The translations under genes were made by a program, and so were the position numbers. 64,000 bases of DNA from Octopus vulgaris (lineage: Eukaryota), in assembly GCA_951406725.2 (NCBI GenBank), contig OX597836.1:48484001-48548000 (forward strand), in the 5' to 3' direction. The notes under the pieces were generated by a model. That model did not search any database. It had not been told where the DNA came from and worked only from the letters and a program-made list of their open reading frames with translations. Of the stretch, positions 1 to 13,246 are shown in pieces. Within the stretch, counting starts at the first letter, position 1. Every line of letters begins with the position of its first letter.

Positions 1-220
1 GTCAAGATATAGACAAATGGCTGAAGGAGATTGAAATAGAATTCCCAGTGGAGTTCCTGCAGAAGGTTTACCTGTTAGGGACAACAAGGATTATCAGGAG
101 GGTTCTAAGCCCTTGAAAGACTGCCTGAAATGTGTGGATACCTAAGGTTATAGGTAGTAACCTGCTACCCACATAGATCCAACCAAAAGTAAGACTAAAA
201 CTGAAGTTTGTTTTAATAAT
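1..220 (+). mobile_element. R4/Dong-like non-LTR retrotransposon 3' end
   Basis: QDIDKWLKEIEIEFPVEFLQKVYLLGTTRIIRRVLSP* resembles the LQKxxLLGTxxIxRxVL C-terminus of restriction-like-endonuclease LINEs; short taataat tail. Confidence 0.65.
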
Positions 221-645
221 GGTTTCAAATTTTGCTACAAGGGTAGCAACTTTGGGGTGGGGATGAGTTGATTACATCGACCCCAGTGTTCAACTGGTAC
301 TTATTTTATTGACCCCCGAAAGGATGAAAGGCAAAGTCGACCTCGGCGGAATTTGAACTCAGAACGTAACGGCAGACGAAATACCTATTTCTTTACTACC
401 CACAAGGGACTAAACACAGAGGGGACAAACAAGGACAGACAAACGGATTAAGTCGATTATATCGACCACAGTGCGTAACTGGTACTTATTTAATTGACCT
501 CGAAAGGATGAAAGGCAAAGTCAACCTCGGCGGAATTTGAACTCAGAACGTAGTAGCAGATGAAATACTGCTAAGCATTTCACCTGGCGTGCTAACGTTT
601 CTGCCAGTTTGCATGGCAGGCGAACAATTCTGCCAACTCGCTGTC
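221..645 (-). mobile_element. Nin/Deu-domain-like tRNA SINE (internally duplicated)
   Basis: Reverse complement contains gagttcaaattccgccgaggtcgactttgcctttcatcctttcggggtc..taagtaccag twice (B box plus Nin/Deu-like core). Confidence 0.8.
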
Positions 646-661
646 TTTGTTTCAATAATAA

Positions 662-868
662 TAAAGGAGATTGGAATAGAATACCCTGTAGAGCTTCTAC
701 AGAAAGTTTGCCTCTTAGGGCAGGGAAGATTATCAGGTGGGGCCTTAGCACTTGAAAGACTATTGAGAGATTGTGAATACCTAAAGTTACAGGTAGTGAC
801 CCACTACTCATGTAAAGTCTATCAGGAATAAGAATGAACCCAAGTCAAATCAATGATAATAATAATTA
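662..868 (+). mobile_element. R4/Dong-like 3' fragment within a (TAA)n tract
   Basis: KEIGIEYPVELLQKVCLLG, homologous to 1-220; aataataata upstream and aatgataataataat downstream. Confidence 0.65.
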
Positions 869-2460
869 ATAATTGTGCCACTGTTTAATGTCCACTTTTC
901 CCTGCTTGCATGGGTGAAATGGAATTGACTGAGGCAGATTTTCTATGGCCAGAGAATGTTTTTCTAGGGAAAAACTGGAAATAAACAATTTCACTTGTGT
1001 GATGGTGGTGCTTGTTTTCAACCATCAGGTGATGTCAGGACAAATGTACACACACACACACACACACACACAATGAGCTTCTTTCAGTTTCTGTGTATCA
1101 AATCCACTCCACAAACTTTGGTTGTCTGGGGCCAAAGTAGAAGGCACCTGCCCAAGGTGTTATGCAATGGGACTGAACCAAACAGTACACAGCTGAAAGG
1201 CAATCCTCTCAACCACACAGCCACGACTGCACTGACTGACAGAAAGGTCTTCTGACTGTTAATCTCACTGACACTGTTTGTACAGTTTGCTTAGCAAAAG
1301 ATGCTGTGAATGGTTTCCTCTCTGTTCATGGTGATCTGCTTGTCGTGTATACAGATTTACATTCTTTGGCTGGAATTGACTCCACAAATCTTGAATTTGT
1401 ACAAACTTCTAAAGCACTCATCCACTATGCCAACGACAGGTACAAATAATAACTCAACAGACAAGAATCTAATCAAACATTAAAGATAACAAATTTGGCA
1501 AAAAAAAAAAAATCAAAAACACATCATTCAGTAAGGTGGCGTCCATAAAGTCTTTGCAGCGCCTCTGAGATGGAATGCAGAAAGGTAAAAACTAACTGGA
1601 GGCTGGGTTTAGACGTTTGTAACAGAGTGGATTGATAAAATATGCAAGGGGCAGGCAAGGTAGCTGGATTAAACTGTATGACAGATTAAGCGAATCAAAT
1701 AAAGAACAGGTAGAATCCATTTGATAAGATTCCACAGAGTTTCTGCCAACCCAGTTTTCTTCACATGGCCAGAGGTGATGAAAGCTGATAGGAAAAAACA
1801 ATTGGCCAAGGTGCCATGCAATGGGATTGAACCTGGAACAAACTAATTCTACTTACTCTGGTAGACTACATTCTCGTATTCTTTTACTTGTTTGACTGCG
1901 GCCATGCTGGAGCACTGTCTTAAGTCAAACAAATCGACCCCAGGACTTATTCTATTAGTCACTTGTGCCGAACCACTAAGTTACAGGGACGTAAACACAC
2001 CAACAGCAGTTGTCAAGTGATGGTGGAGGGACAAACACAAACACACTATAAGGAGTGAACTTACCAAGAGAGACTTTCCAATCACTGGTTTGTCTTTGCG
2101 TAGCATAGGATTTGCTGACCGTTTCTGCATTTCTAGAATACGATTCTGCATGACTTGAGCAGGGCTTGGTTTGGCTATTACTGGCCGGACTAACTTTTTT
2201 AGCTGAAAAAAAGAAAAAACAAAAAATGTCATCATCATTTTCATCCCAGCCGAGTGTCATGTGTTTCAGAGACAACCCATCCACCCTACTGAGCCAACGT
2301 AATAAAGCAGATAAGGAGCCAAGCACTGGGTTCAATTCATTTCAGCTCTAAATTTCTGCCCTGGGGCCAAACTTAAAAAAACAATATTATCACGGTAACG
2401 AGTGGGCAGAATCGTTATGGTGTTGGAAAAAATGCCATCCAGTTATATTATGTTCTGAAC

Positions 2461-2685
2461 TTAACCCATTAGCATTCAAATTACTCTGTGCAATGTAATA
2501 CTTAATTCATAAGGTTTTGAAATAATCATTCATTATCTTGTATATTAGAAATCTCAATGATGTGAGAGTTTACATTTAGAGTGACAGTGTAGCTTGGGTG
2601 TGAGAGGCTGGATCTGGCCAGTTTGAACATCAAGCAGGTGGAATATTTAGGCCAGATATGGCTGGTCTTAATATTAAAGGGTTAA
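2461..2685. mobile_element. piggyBac-type MITE inserted into a SINE
   Basis: TTAA|CCCATTAGCATT ... AATATTAAAGGG|TTAA; the flanks rejoin into a Nin-type SINE (gttctgaac|ttaa|atcccattgatgtcaac). Confidence 0.75.
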
Positions 2686-3778
2686 ATCCCATTGATGTCA
2701 ACTTTTCCTTTCATTCCTCTGGGGCTGATAAACTAAGGTGATGATGATGGTGGTGGTGTGCCATAATACTTTCTGCTTCATTCTCAGTGAGCTCTGGTTG
2801 GAAAGATGCAGAAAAACCAGTGACACATGAGCTCCTGAGGGGCCAGAAGTAATTCAAAGAGAAACTGGACGTGAGAGAGTTAAAGACTAAGTTTAGAAAA
2901 CCACAAAGGCTCCCTAAAGGATCAGCTGGGTTATAGATGCCGAGAGGAATGTGAGGGATGAATGGAAGCAGAAGGAAGGCTACAGATACAGTTGTATAAC
3001 AAATGTGATTTCAACGAGTTTCTGTTGAAGTTTTTCACAGAGCTTCTGTAGTTTGATGTCACTGAGGTTGTCCTACAATCCCTTCCTCCCTACTCAACAT
3101 TCTAATTGTCCAGTCCTTTTTTTTTTAATGCTTTCATGGATGGGGTGGAATTTATTGAGGCAGTTCCTGCTGCCAACCTTTACCTGTTTCTGTGCTGGTG
3201 GCATGTAAAAAGCACCCAATCCACACTCTGGGAGTGGTTGGCATTCAGAAGGGCATCTGGCTGTAGGAACTTTGCCAGATCAGATTGGAGCCTGGTGCAG
3301 CCTTCTGGCTCACCAGATCCCAGTCGAACCATCCAACCCATGCCAGCATGGAAAACGGATGTTAAACGATGATGATGATGAATGACACTACTTGTATGAC
3401 AGGGACACACATAATGTAAAGACAAGGATGGACACACACACAAATAGGCTTCCACACTGTTCCTATCTGCCAAACCCACTCACAAGGATTTGGTTGGCCC
3501 AGGACTGCAGTAGAAGACACTTGCCCAAGGTGCCTTGTAGTGAGATTGAACCAGAAATCATGTGGCTGGGAAGCAAACTTCCTAACCATACAGCCATACC
3601 CGATGTAGTCAAAAAATAGTTTGTATTGTTCATTATTGAAACTTTTGAGTTTCAAGGCCAGGTGTAGGGTTAAGACAAAAACAAAGGTAGGGTCAGATGG
3701 AAACCTGCTATTTGTTGAGAGACCTCATTCAAACAAGGACACTGATATTAGTTTCAAGGTCAGTAGGACAATATTTAC

Positions 3779-3871
3779 CTTGTCATTACACTGTCTGTTG
3801 GCTGCTGCTGCATGTGCAACTCTCTTCTTACCATCGTCCATGGATGGAGGAGGCCGCACCACTTCCCTTTT
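3779..3871 (-). CDS. REXO1: RNA exonuclease 1 homolog, next coding exon (93 bp, KREVVRPPPSMDDGKKRVAHAAAANRQCNDK)
   Basis: Polypyrimidine tract with ttttctctag acceptor and AAG|gtaaat donor; phase 0/0 matches the preceding exon; KKRVAH resembles the REXO1 KR(R)(V/I)(A/S)H motif. Gene continues beyond the window start. Confidence 0.8.
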
Positions 3872-4097
3872 CTAGAGAAAACAAAGCAAAAAAAAAAAAA
3901 CATTTATTACATTATTGAAGAGCTAAGTCTGTGTACAAAGATAACTGTTCATAGGATATCACATGAAAACAGGATTTGAGGACATAAAACCAGATAACAG
4001 CACCAGTGTATATGGTGCCGGGAAGCCTGGTGTGTGTGTGTGTGTGTGTGTGTGCGTGCTTGTCTCCCTCCACCACATGACAACACTCAATTTATAT

Positions 4098-4300
4098 AAT
4101 ATCTGATAGTACAGTTCTTGACATAATCTAATACCTGGAATTATGATATATAGCCCTTCACCATAATACCTGATAATATATTATACCAGACGCTATATTG
4201 TCTGAGAATATAACATCCTTGACAAAAGTACCTGAGAATATAACATCCTTGACAGAATACCTGATTATATAGCACCCTTGACTAGAGTGCTCGAGAATTT
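4098..4300. repeat. ~30-bp minisatellite
   Basis: Several diverged units of tacctgagaatataacatccttgaca(a/g)aa. Confidence 0.7.
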
Positions 4301-5662
4301 GTACCTCATAATATGTTTTCTAAGAACATAATAAAAGTAAAGTACCCTGTTAACAATATATGTATCATTAGGCCTAACTCATTGTAAAGTAAATACCACC
4401 ATGAGTGACAACCAAAGTACAGTGGAAAAGGTAAGCCACTGGATTTGGTTAAAAAGCGACGATGAGCAATGACTAGAAGAATATTGAGCTAAACTTAATA
4501 ACCAGTTGATCGAGCGAGTGGGGTCTCATTTCACTGATGGGGGCTGGTGCGCAATGATGTTGTCGAGAGGTAGGCCCCAAAATGGCTTGCATTCTATCCT
4601 GATAACCCATACACTTGCCGGTGTCTGGTATGCAGAACCTTCAACCAGTAGCACTTGCGTCTGCAAGTTGTTTGCAAGACATCTAAATGTATTTTCTCAG
4701 AACTGTTCTAAACATCTCTCTCTCTCTCTCCCTCCCTGAAAAATGAATTAAACAACATCATAGAAACTTAATCTAATTTCCAAACTTATTAAAAATGATT
4801 TAGCACCAACACAACCCATTTGGCACTGGTTTTTATTAGCAAAGGGAGTTTGGAGAATATCTTCAGCATTTTGGTCCTAATCAGGAACATTAGGTTTCCA
4901 AAACAATTATGGTTTACGTCAAGATAGATGTCATAATGATGATGGGGGCTGCTGCATCCAATGACTAAAACAGCAAACTGATGAGAGTGGAGCAGCTGTT
5001 TGGCTGGTTTCAGTTATTGGATGCATGGATATATTAGGATGTCACACTGATTACATTTTAGTGGATTTTATTGACCTAATAAAGGAACACAACCAAGACA
5101 GAACCAAATACAAAGTATTTTTGTTTCAATTTTGTCATCCCTTGCCAATTATATACATACATAAGGCAGCAAACCCGGCAGAATCCTAAGCACTTTGGGC
5201 GCAAAAGGCTTAGCAGCATTGTCTGTCTGTCTTTACATTCTGAGTTCAAATTCCGCTGAAGTTGACTTTGCCTTTCATCCTTTCAGGGTTGATAAAATAA
5301 CTACCAGTTGTGTACTGGGGGTTGATGTAATTGACTCATCCCCTCCCCATCAAATTGCTGACCTTGTGCAAGAATTTGAAACCAGTTATACACACACACA
5401 CACACGCATCTGACAAGTTTCCTGTATAGTTTTTATCAATTAGGTTCCTCTCTCTCAAGGCTATGGTCAAAGACTCTTCTCCTAAGTGCTACACAGTGGA
5501 AATGAATGTGGAACCATGTGGTTGTGAAATGAACTTCTTGACTACGCAGCTATCTCCCCTGCACTCATACAAAATACACCAAAGTAATTTCTAGATACTG
5601 GCAGCTGTCAAGATATCTTTAACATGCAGGCCGACCATATTCCAGTGACCCCAATTATATTT

Positions 5663-5709
<47 letters not shown>

Positions 5710-5802
5710 GTGTGTGTGTATGTGTATATATATATATATATATGTGTGTATGTGTATATATATATATGTGTGTGTGTGTATATATATATATATGTGTGTA
5801 TG

Positions 5803-5835
<33 letters not shown>

Positions 5836-5929
5836 ATATATATGTGTGTAGTGTATGTGTATATATATATATATGTGTATATATATGTGTGTATGTGTAT
5901 ATATATATATATGTGTATATATATGTGTG

Positions 5930-5969
<40 letters not shown>
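5663..5969. repeat. (TA)n/(TG)n compound microsatellite, host site of the mariner
   Basis: Directly visible. Confidence 0.95.
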
Positions 5970-5973
<4 letters not shown>

Positions 5974-7138
5974 CATTCCATAAATAATGCAGTTTTTTAA
6001 TACTTTTATTTTTCAAAATTAAGATAAACAAAGTTCCTTTTTAATCTAAAATATACTCTCCTTCATTTTCTATACAGCTCTTCTATATATCTGGTAGACT
6101 TGCATGGCCCCTCTTCCAAAATTCACTTGTCCATGATGAAAAATACTCATCCAGTATTGTTCTGACCTCATCTACAGAATTCATATTTTTTCTGTCCAAA
6201 TGATTTTGAAGACTGCAGAATAAATGATAATCAGATGGGGCAATATCCAGTGAATATGATTAGGGCATTGTTTCCCATTGAAACTGCTCCAGTCATTGGA
6301 ATGTCATCCTCGCTGTGTGTAGCCAAGCATTATCCTGATGGAAGAACACCTTTCATCGTGAAACCAAAGATGGTCGCTTTTCTTCTAACACTGACTTAAT
6401 CCACTCAAGCTGTTCGCAGTAGTTATCATTTGGTTTGGGTTTAAAAGTTCAAAGTTGACTAAACCTTGCAAATCCAACCAAACAGATAACAACACCTTAC
6501 GTGGATGAAGACCTTCTTTAGCCTGGGATACAAGTGTTTCTCTTTTCCCTATCCACTGTCTTTGGCACGTGACATTTTTACAGAGAACCCATTTCTCATC
6601 ACCAGTCACTATTCAGTCCAAAAAAGGCTCATTCATTAGATGCGACAGCAAAGAACATACATTCACTCTCTGCAGGCGATTATACACAGAAAGTTAGTGA
6701 GGAACCCATTGACCCAATTTGCTGACTTTTCAGATGGCTAGCAGGTGTCAATGAATGGTCGAAGGACCAAATCCAAGTTTCTCTGCTAGTTCCTCAACTG
6801 TTTCAATGAGATTTTGTTCCACCAGGGTTTGCAGGACATCCTCATTGAGTTCTACAGATCTTCCAGGACGGGGCTCGTCTTCTAGTCTATAGTTTCCAGC
6901 TCAGAAATTCTCTGGAACCACCGTTGACACTGGCTTATGCTTATTGTCTGATCCCCATATATTGCTTTAATATTCCTCGCACTTTCCATGGCATTGTTAC
7001 CTTTATTGAACTCATAAAGCAAAATATGCCGAATATACTCCTTTGTCACTTCTGTTATAGATTTGAAAAAATAACTGTTAAAATTGAACTGCACTCTTCA
7101 AGCTATTGAAAAAAACCACATTATTTATGGGATGACCC
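5970..7138 (-). mobile_element. Mariner transposon with both TIRs, degraded transposase
   Basis: TIRs gggtcattccataaataatg / cattatttatgggatgaccc flanked by TA; fragments IRHILLYEFNKG..CQRWF, TGDEKWV and LHPRKVLLSVW; stops and frameshifts. Confidence 0.92.
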
Positions 7139-9064
7139 TATATATATATAGCTAGCTAGATAGGCATGGCTGGGTAGTTAACAAGCCTGCTTTCAACCAC
7201 CTGGTTTTGGTTTCAGTCCCACTGTGCAGCACCTGGGGCAAGTGTCTTCTACTATAGCCCCAGGCCAATCAATCTCTTGCAAGTCAATATGGTAGACGGA
7301 AACTGAGTAGAAGCCTGACGTGTGTGTGTGTGTGTGCTTGTCTCCCACCACCACATGATACCACTCAATTTATTCACATTGCTGTTACAACAACAACTGC
7401 TACCTCTGCCATCACCAAGAGAGATATCATTGCTATTTCTAGCAGGCTGAATGACCACACAGAAGTTCCCACAGCAGCTCACAAACAAGGAAGAAATTTC
7501 CTCCTCATGTGTCTGATGAAACAGTTGTCAGATATTGCAATAATCCCTGGAGGGTGATGCAACAGGACTGACAGGTCACTCCTGCAATTAGCAATCTTGG
7601 CTTCATTAATCTTCGTTACAACATCAACCACATTTTTTCGTTTTTTTCGTTTGACTAAGAATGTTCTGGAATACAGCTAATACTGAGGCTAAGAACTTTC
7701 TGAACCAATAAGAGAGTCTCTACACAGTTACTTGTCCTGCTAGAAATAGCAGCCAAACCCCCATCAAATCACACCTTACTGTCTTAAAAAAAGGAAGGAC
7801 ACACTAAACGACATTATCCTAAAAGCCTTAGAGTGTATTTTATCAAAGGTCTGTCCACTCAATGTTGACCTTTAACTAAAACTCCTTATCAGATAATGAT
7901 ACAGCCCTACGTGGTTGCTTTCATTGCTAGAAATAGCTGATGAATTTACCTCAAATAAATCTTGACCATTTTAAATAAAAGAGGTTACATTAGACATTGG
8001 AATGTCTGAGATATTAAAAGATGTGATACATACAGCCAGAATGCTTTTGGTTACAAGCCTTCTCTACCAGGGCTGACTCAGGGTTAAGCAACAACAACAA
8101 AGAACCTAATTTCCCCATGTCAGTCATTGTTGTTGCTACCATCGTTAATGTTTTTAACATCCACTTGCATTCCATTCTTGCGTGGGTCAGATGGAATTCA
8201 TTAAAGCAAGTTTTCTACAGCTGGATGCTCTTCCCATCACCAAACCTCACCTGTTCCCAACTAAAGTAATATTTCCCCGTAGCCAGACATGTTCTCGTAG
8301 AAGACTGGAAATGAATTACACCGTTTCCATGACAATGACTCTAGTGTACACAACATAAAGACAAGGAGACACACACACAAAACGGGCTTCTTCCAGTCTC
8401 CGTCAACCAAATTCCCTCAGAAAGCGTTGTACAATGCAGGGTTATAGTAGAAGACAGTTGCTCAAGGTGCCTTGCAATGGGACTGAAACAGAAACCCCAT
8501 GGTTGGTAAGTGAGCTTGTTAATCGCACAGCCATGCCAATAGTGTTTGTGTAGAAATGTCAGGTTTCTCTTCTTTTTTTTTTAAGGCTTGTGTCTTCTTT
8601 TTTAAATCCACTTTAAACAATATCACCTGCTCAGCTCTCACCTGGCCTCAAGCTATCCTATGATCAAACCCATAATACTGTTTTGATTACATATCCCTAC
8701 AATTGCAGATTGTCTATGAAAAAAAAAACATCTCTAGTCATCAAAATATTGCTAGATGTTGCCATTTCAAACAACACATGCTGCCAGCTTGGAATTGAAA
8801 AAAATTTCATGTTGGCTTACAATTTCACAGCCATTTCATCAACAAGTCATTCTTTTTCACCTGCTCAGCTCTCACCTGGCCTCAAGCTATCCTATGATCA
8901 AATACTTCTCACTTCTAACCAGCCCATTTTTTTTTATACATCTAGAAACACATTCTCCAATATCATTATCATCATTTAATGCCCACTTTTTCATGTTTTT
9001 ATGGGTTGAAATGTGGCCAACCCTCAACTGACCCCCAACCAAGGCTAGACAAGTTTATGCAGAA

Positions 9065-9500
9065 TATTCTTTTCTACTCTAGGCACAAGGCCTAAAATTT
9101 TTGAGGAGGGGGCCAGTCAATTAGATCAACTCCAGTACGCAACTGGTACTTAATTTGTTGACACCAAAAGGATGAAAGGCTAAGTCGACCTTGGCGGAGT
9201 TTGAACTCAGAACGTAGCAACAGGCGAAATACCGCTTAGCATTTCACCTGGTATGCTAACGATTCTGCCAGCTCGCTGCCTTTAAATGGAAGAAATATTC
9301 TTTTCTACTCTAGGCACAAGGCCCAAAACTTTTTGGGAAGTGGATTTAAAAAAGAAGACACAAGTTGATTAAATTGGTCCCAGAATGTAACTGGTACTAA
9401 TTTATCAACCCCAAAAGGATGAAAGGCAAAGTCAACCTCAGCGGAATTTGAACTCAGAACGTAAAGATAGATGAAATACCGCTAAGCTTTTTGCTGCCTG
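9065..9500 (-). mobile_element. Two tandem Nin/Deu-domain-like SINEs
   Basis: Both start aatattcttttctactctaggcacaagg and contain aaaggatgaaaggc..gtc(g/a)acct..gcgga.tttgaactcagaacgta. Confidence 0.8.
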
Positions 9501-10284
9501 TTTATGCAGAATATTGGAAATGAATAACACTGCTTCAATCATTTACAACTAAGACAAGGAAACACACACACACAACGGGGTTCCTTTCATTCTGTGAGTT
9601 TCCATTTTGAGAGGGATTTGATGGACCACAAGGAAACTCTCTTATTGTGTGCATTATCGTCATGGTGAGAGTAGGTACAAAACCTAACAAGTGCAAGCGA
9701 GGTTTTTTATTTGGTGGACAACTGCCCAGGCACGGCTGAGTGGTGAAGAAGCTCACTTGGCAACCGTGTTTGGCCAAGTGCCTCCTGCTACAGCTGCTGT
9801 GAGTGAATTTGGTAGATGGAAACTATGTAGAATCCCATTGTGTGCACATATGTATGTGAAGTTTGGCAAAAGAGGCCGATAGAATAAGTACCAGACTTTA
9901 AAAAAAAGTATGCGGGTGAGGTGGGATCTGTTTGGTTAAAACCCTTCAAGGCCGAAACAAGTAACAGGTAAAAGATTTAGATTATGCCATTCATTTGAGG
10001 TTGTTTAAAGCATAACACTTGAACACATGAATGTTGTGAGAAGTCAACACTCACAAATACTGTAAAATCAGGAAGAGTAAAGAGGGAGGATTTCAGTTGA
10101 AGATGCAATGTGATCATCGTTATATAGCCCCAGGTTAGACTTATGAAGCACACCAATGATCGCAGGCATTCCAAATGTGGTCATCCTATCTTTTCAGATA
10201 TACATTACTTGATGGTTTTTTTTTTTAAAGTCTATAGGTTGTGATCTACATGAAAATTGGTTGTTGTATCTAGGAACCATGCAA

Positions 10285-10590
10285 TTGACACTCCATCGGT
10301 TATGACAAAGAGGGTTGCAGTCTGCACGTGAAATTAATGTGCAAGTGGCTGAGCGCTCCACAGATACGTGTATCCTTAGTGTAATCGTCAGGGAGATTCA
10401 GCATGACACAGAATGTGACAAGGCTGGCCCCTTTGAAATAAAGGTACAACATATTTTTGCCAAATGAGTGGACCGGAGCAACGTGAAGTAAAGTGTTTTG
10501 CTGAAGGACATAATGCGCTGCTGGAAATCGAACTCACAACCTTACGATCGTCAACCGAATATCCTAACCACTGAGTCATACGCCTTCACT
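10285..10590 (-). mobile_element. tRNA-derived SINE, third family
   Basis: Minus strand gtgaaggcgtatgactcagtggttagg...gtgagttcgatt tRNA-like head, then cagcaaaacactttacttcacgttgctcc; partial relative at 30325-30446. Confidence 0.7.
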
Positions 10591-11553
10591 AGTAACCCTG
10601 TAGAAGTACCCTCATATGATTACTTAACACACACAGAAAAAAGTGCTACTATGGCAGATATAAAATGCCAGTGTTTAAATCCTGAAGTGTTATTGTCCCC
10701 CCCCCTCGACACGACACGACACATGAGGTGCGGACGTCGACGGCAACAGACCAGTCGGACAACAACAGATTAGAAGAAATAGGTCAAAATATTATCGTAA
10801 AAATATAAATCGAAGGGAGACTACTCTGGACAACGCTCGAGCCTATATGCTTCAGCTGTTGCTGGAAATAGTCGCCAAATATCCCTTCAACTCGTTAAAA
10901 AGAGAGTTTCAAAGATCACTTACACACACAAAGTGTACTTGTTGAGTTTGCAGCTAACCAGCAACTCTGAGATATATTATGCTGTGTATTCATTTATATT
11001 TGGACTTAAACAAGCACAAATTTGATACGACTTTATATAGACATTTTACCATTAGTTTCACCCTAGAAATAACATATTTATAACATCTGAGGTAAGAAAT
11101 CCTCATTGTATACCAAGTCTAATCAATTTGACTAACCCTAACCTAAAACAGAGTCCACAGACACCGTGTTGGTCTGCATCAAACAACATTTATAAGAAGT
11201 TCCGTTTGCTGTGAGGTGAAATGAGTTTAGAGGAAGGGACTCTGCTCATGGCAGAATCAGGTTTTCTGTGAGTGTTGTGATCAAGGTGGTTAACATTCCT
11301 TTTTTAAGTCAAACAATATGTTCAACGAGGGAATTCTTGAGAGTAAATATTCTGGGAGAGAAGGATAAGGATTAGTGGTTCGAGATGATGATGGATCTGT
11401 GGGCTGGAAGGTGTTGGTGAGAGAACTTCTCTGCTAACTGGGCTATGTATCTCTCCGACAGCAAGACACCTGTCCTTGTCTTTCTAGCATACTCTAACCT
11501 CTCATCACCGACCATAAAGCCACTGCCTTTAATATTCTTTTGGTGGAATTCTG

Positions 11554-12010
11554 CTATAACCCTCTCGTGACTTTTTTTTTTTTTGTTTTGAAATTTTCAG
11601 AAAATTTTTGTGAATGTGAGTTCTACACATGGGGTATTATATGAATGACTATGCAGAAAAACAAAGATTTTTTTAATTTTTTCAAAATTGAAAAAAAAAA
11701 AAAATTAAATTCTTCGAATTTTTATTTATTTAAATCACAGTTTAAAATACAGTCTGAATTTTTGGCTTAAAGCCTAGCAATAGACCATTAAAATGCACAT
11801 AGAAAGATATTAAGAAACATCAATACATCAGAGTGACAGACAAACGAGGATGGTATGAGGGGGTCAAGAGATGCGCGGAAATTACACAAAAACATTTTTT
11901 CTGTTTTTTGGTTTTAGCATAGTTGTAAAATTTCCTGTGTGCAGAACACACATTTGCCAAAAAATTTCTGAAAGTTCCCAAAAATAAACAAGTTATGAGG
12001 GGTCATATGC
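11554..12010. mobile_element. Unclassified MITE-like element with long imperfect TIRs
   Basis: taaccctctcgtgactt...ttttcagaaaattttt versus aaaaaatttctgaaag...aagttatgagggggtca. Confidence 0.45.
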
Positions 12011-12362
12011 CATGCAAGTTACCTGGTGAACTCATTAGTTCCAATGCCATATAAAAAGCAGCCAGTCCAGTTGGTAAAGTGGTTGGTGTCAGGCAGGGCA
12101 TCCAGCTATAGCAACTGTGCTAAAGCAGACAATGAAACTCCAGGCAGTGCTTTCACTCACCAGTTCCTTTGCCAGCATGGAAAGCAGGCTTTAGATGATA
12201 ATAACGATGCTTACTTCCTTACTCCAACAGCTTCTGATTTCATAGAATGACTGTTTTTTGCCTTTCAGGTTCTACCAAGGGATGCTGAATTTAGCAATTG
12301 TTTGAGTGACAATGTCACAATATTTATCAGTGCATTTTGATAAACCAAGCAATAATAAAAAA

Positions 12363-12586
12363 ATGGTGGCAAGCTGGCAGAATCGTTAGCATGCCAGGTG
12401 AAATGCTTAGCGATATTTCATCTGCTGTTACGTTCTGAGTTCAAATTCTGCTGAGGTCGACTTTGTCTTTCATCCTTTCGGAGTTGATTAAATAAGTACC
12501 AGTTACGCACTTGGGTCGATGTAATCGACTTAATCCTTTTGTTTGTCCCCTCTATGTTTAGACCCCTGTGGGCAGTAAAGAAATAA
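12363..12586 (+). mobile_element. Nin/Deu-domain-like tRNA SINE
   Basis: ggcaagctggcagaatcgttagc...gagttcaaattctgctgaggtcgactttgtctttcatcctttcgg; similar copies at 5165-5385 and 48560-48720. Confidence 0.8.
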
Positions 12587-13246
12587 ATATGTATCAGTGT
12601 GTCCATCCAGGGGCTTATGTGAAGTTATTAAACCCAACCCCAGAAGAAGCCCACAGTTAGTAAAAGTTTTAAGCAGTGAATGAAGTCTAACTTGTTTGAG
12701 ACCTTTATTTTGGAACCAACCAATGCTAAATACTTACCACAATGTATTCTACACGAACCTGCTATCTCTTCCATTCTTTACTCTTTTATTGGTTCCAGCC
12801 TGTGACTGTAGCCATGCTGGGGAATCGTTTTCAAGGGTATTTTCATATTTTTTATCAGTTTCATATGGATCAAGATTACTTTAGTATACCAATGAATGTA
12901 ACTGATTCTAAATACAAGGCCCTTTTGCTTTGTGCATCAATTTTGTTCAGTCAACACACTCAGAAGAAGACTGGAAACATTTTCATGAGAATATTTAAAA
13001 CAATGGAAGATGGTTCTTCTTTTCAAACTGTATTGGACAAAGATAAATACCTTGTGGTATTTAATCTGCTCAAGTTACACTAAAATCATTCACTCCTTTT
13101 TCCCTTTTCCCATTGAAAAAAAAATGCAGTGTAACAATCAACTAACCCATTGGAAACCAACAAAGTTATACCTGATGAAAATACCTGAAAATAACAAAGA
13201 ATCTACCACATGAAAGTACAAACTTCTAATTGACTGAAATACATAC

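Noticed and set aside
7490-7570. pogo-like DDE fragment (IAIIPGG)
   Set aside because: Too short and degraded to support a call.
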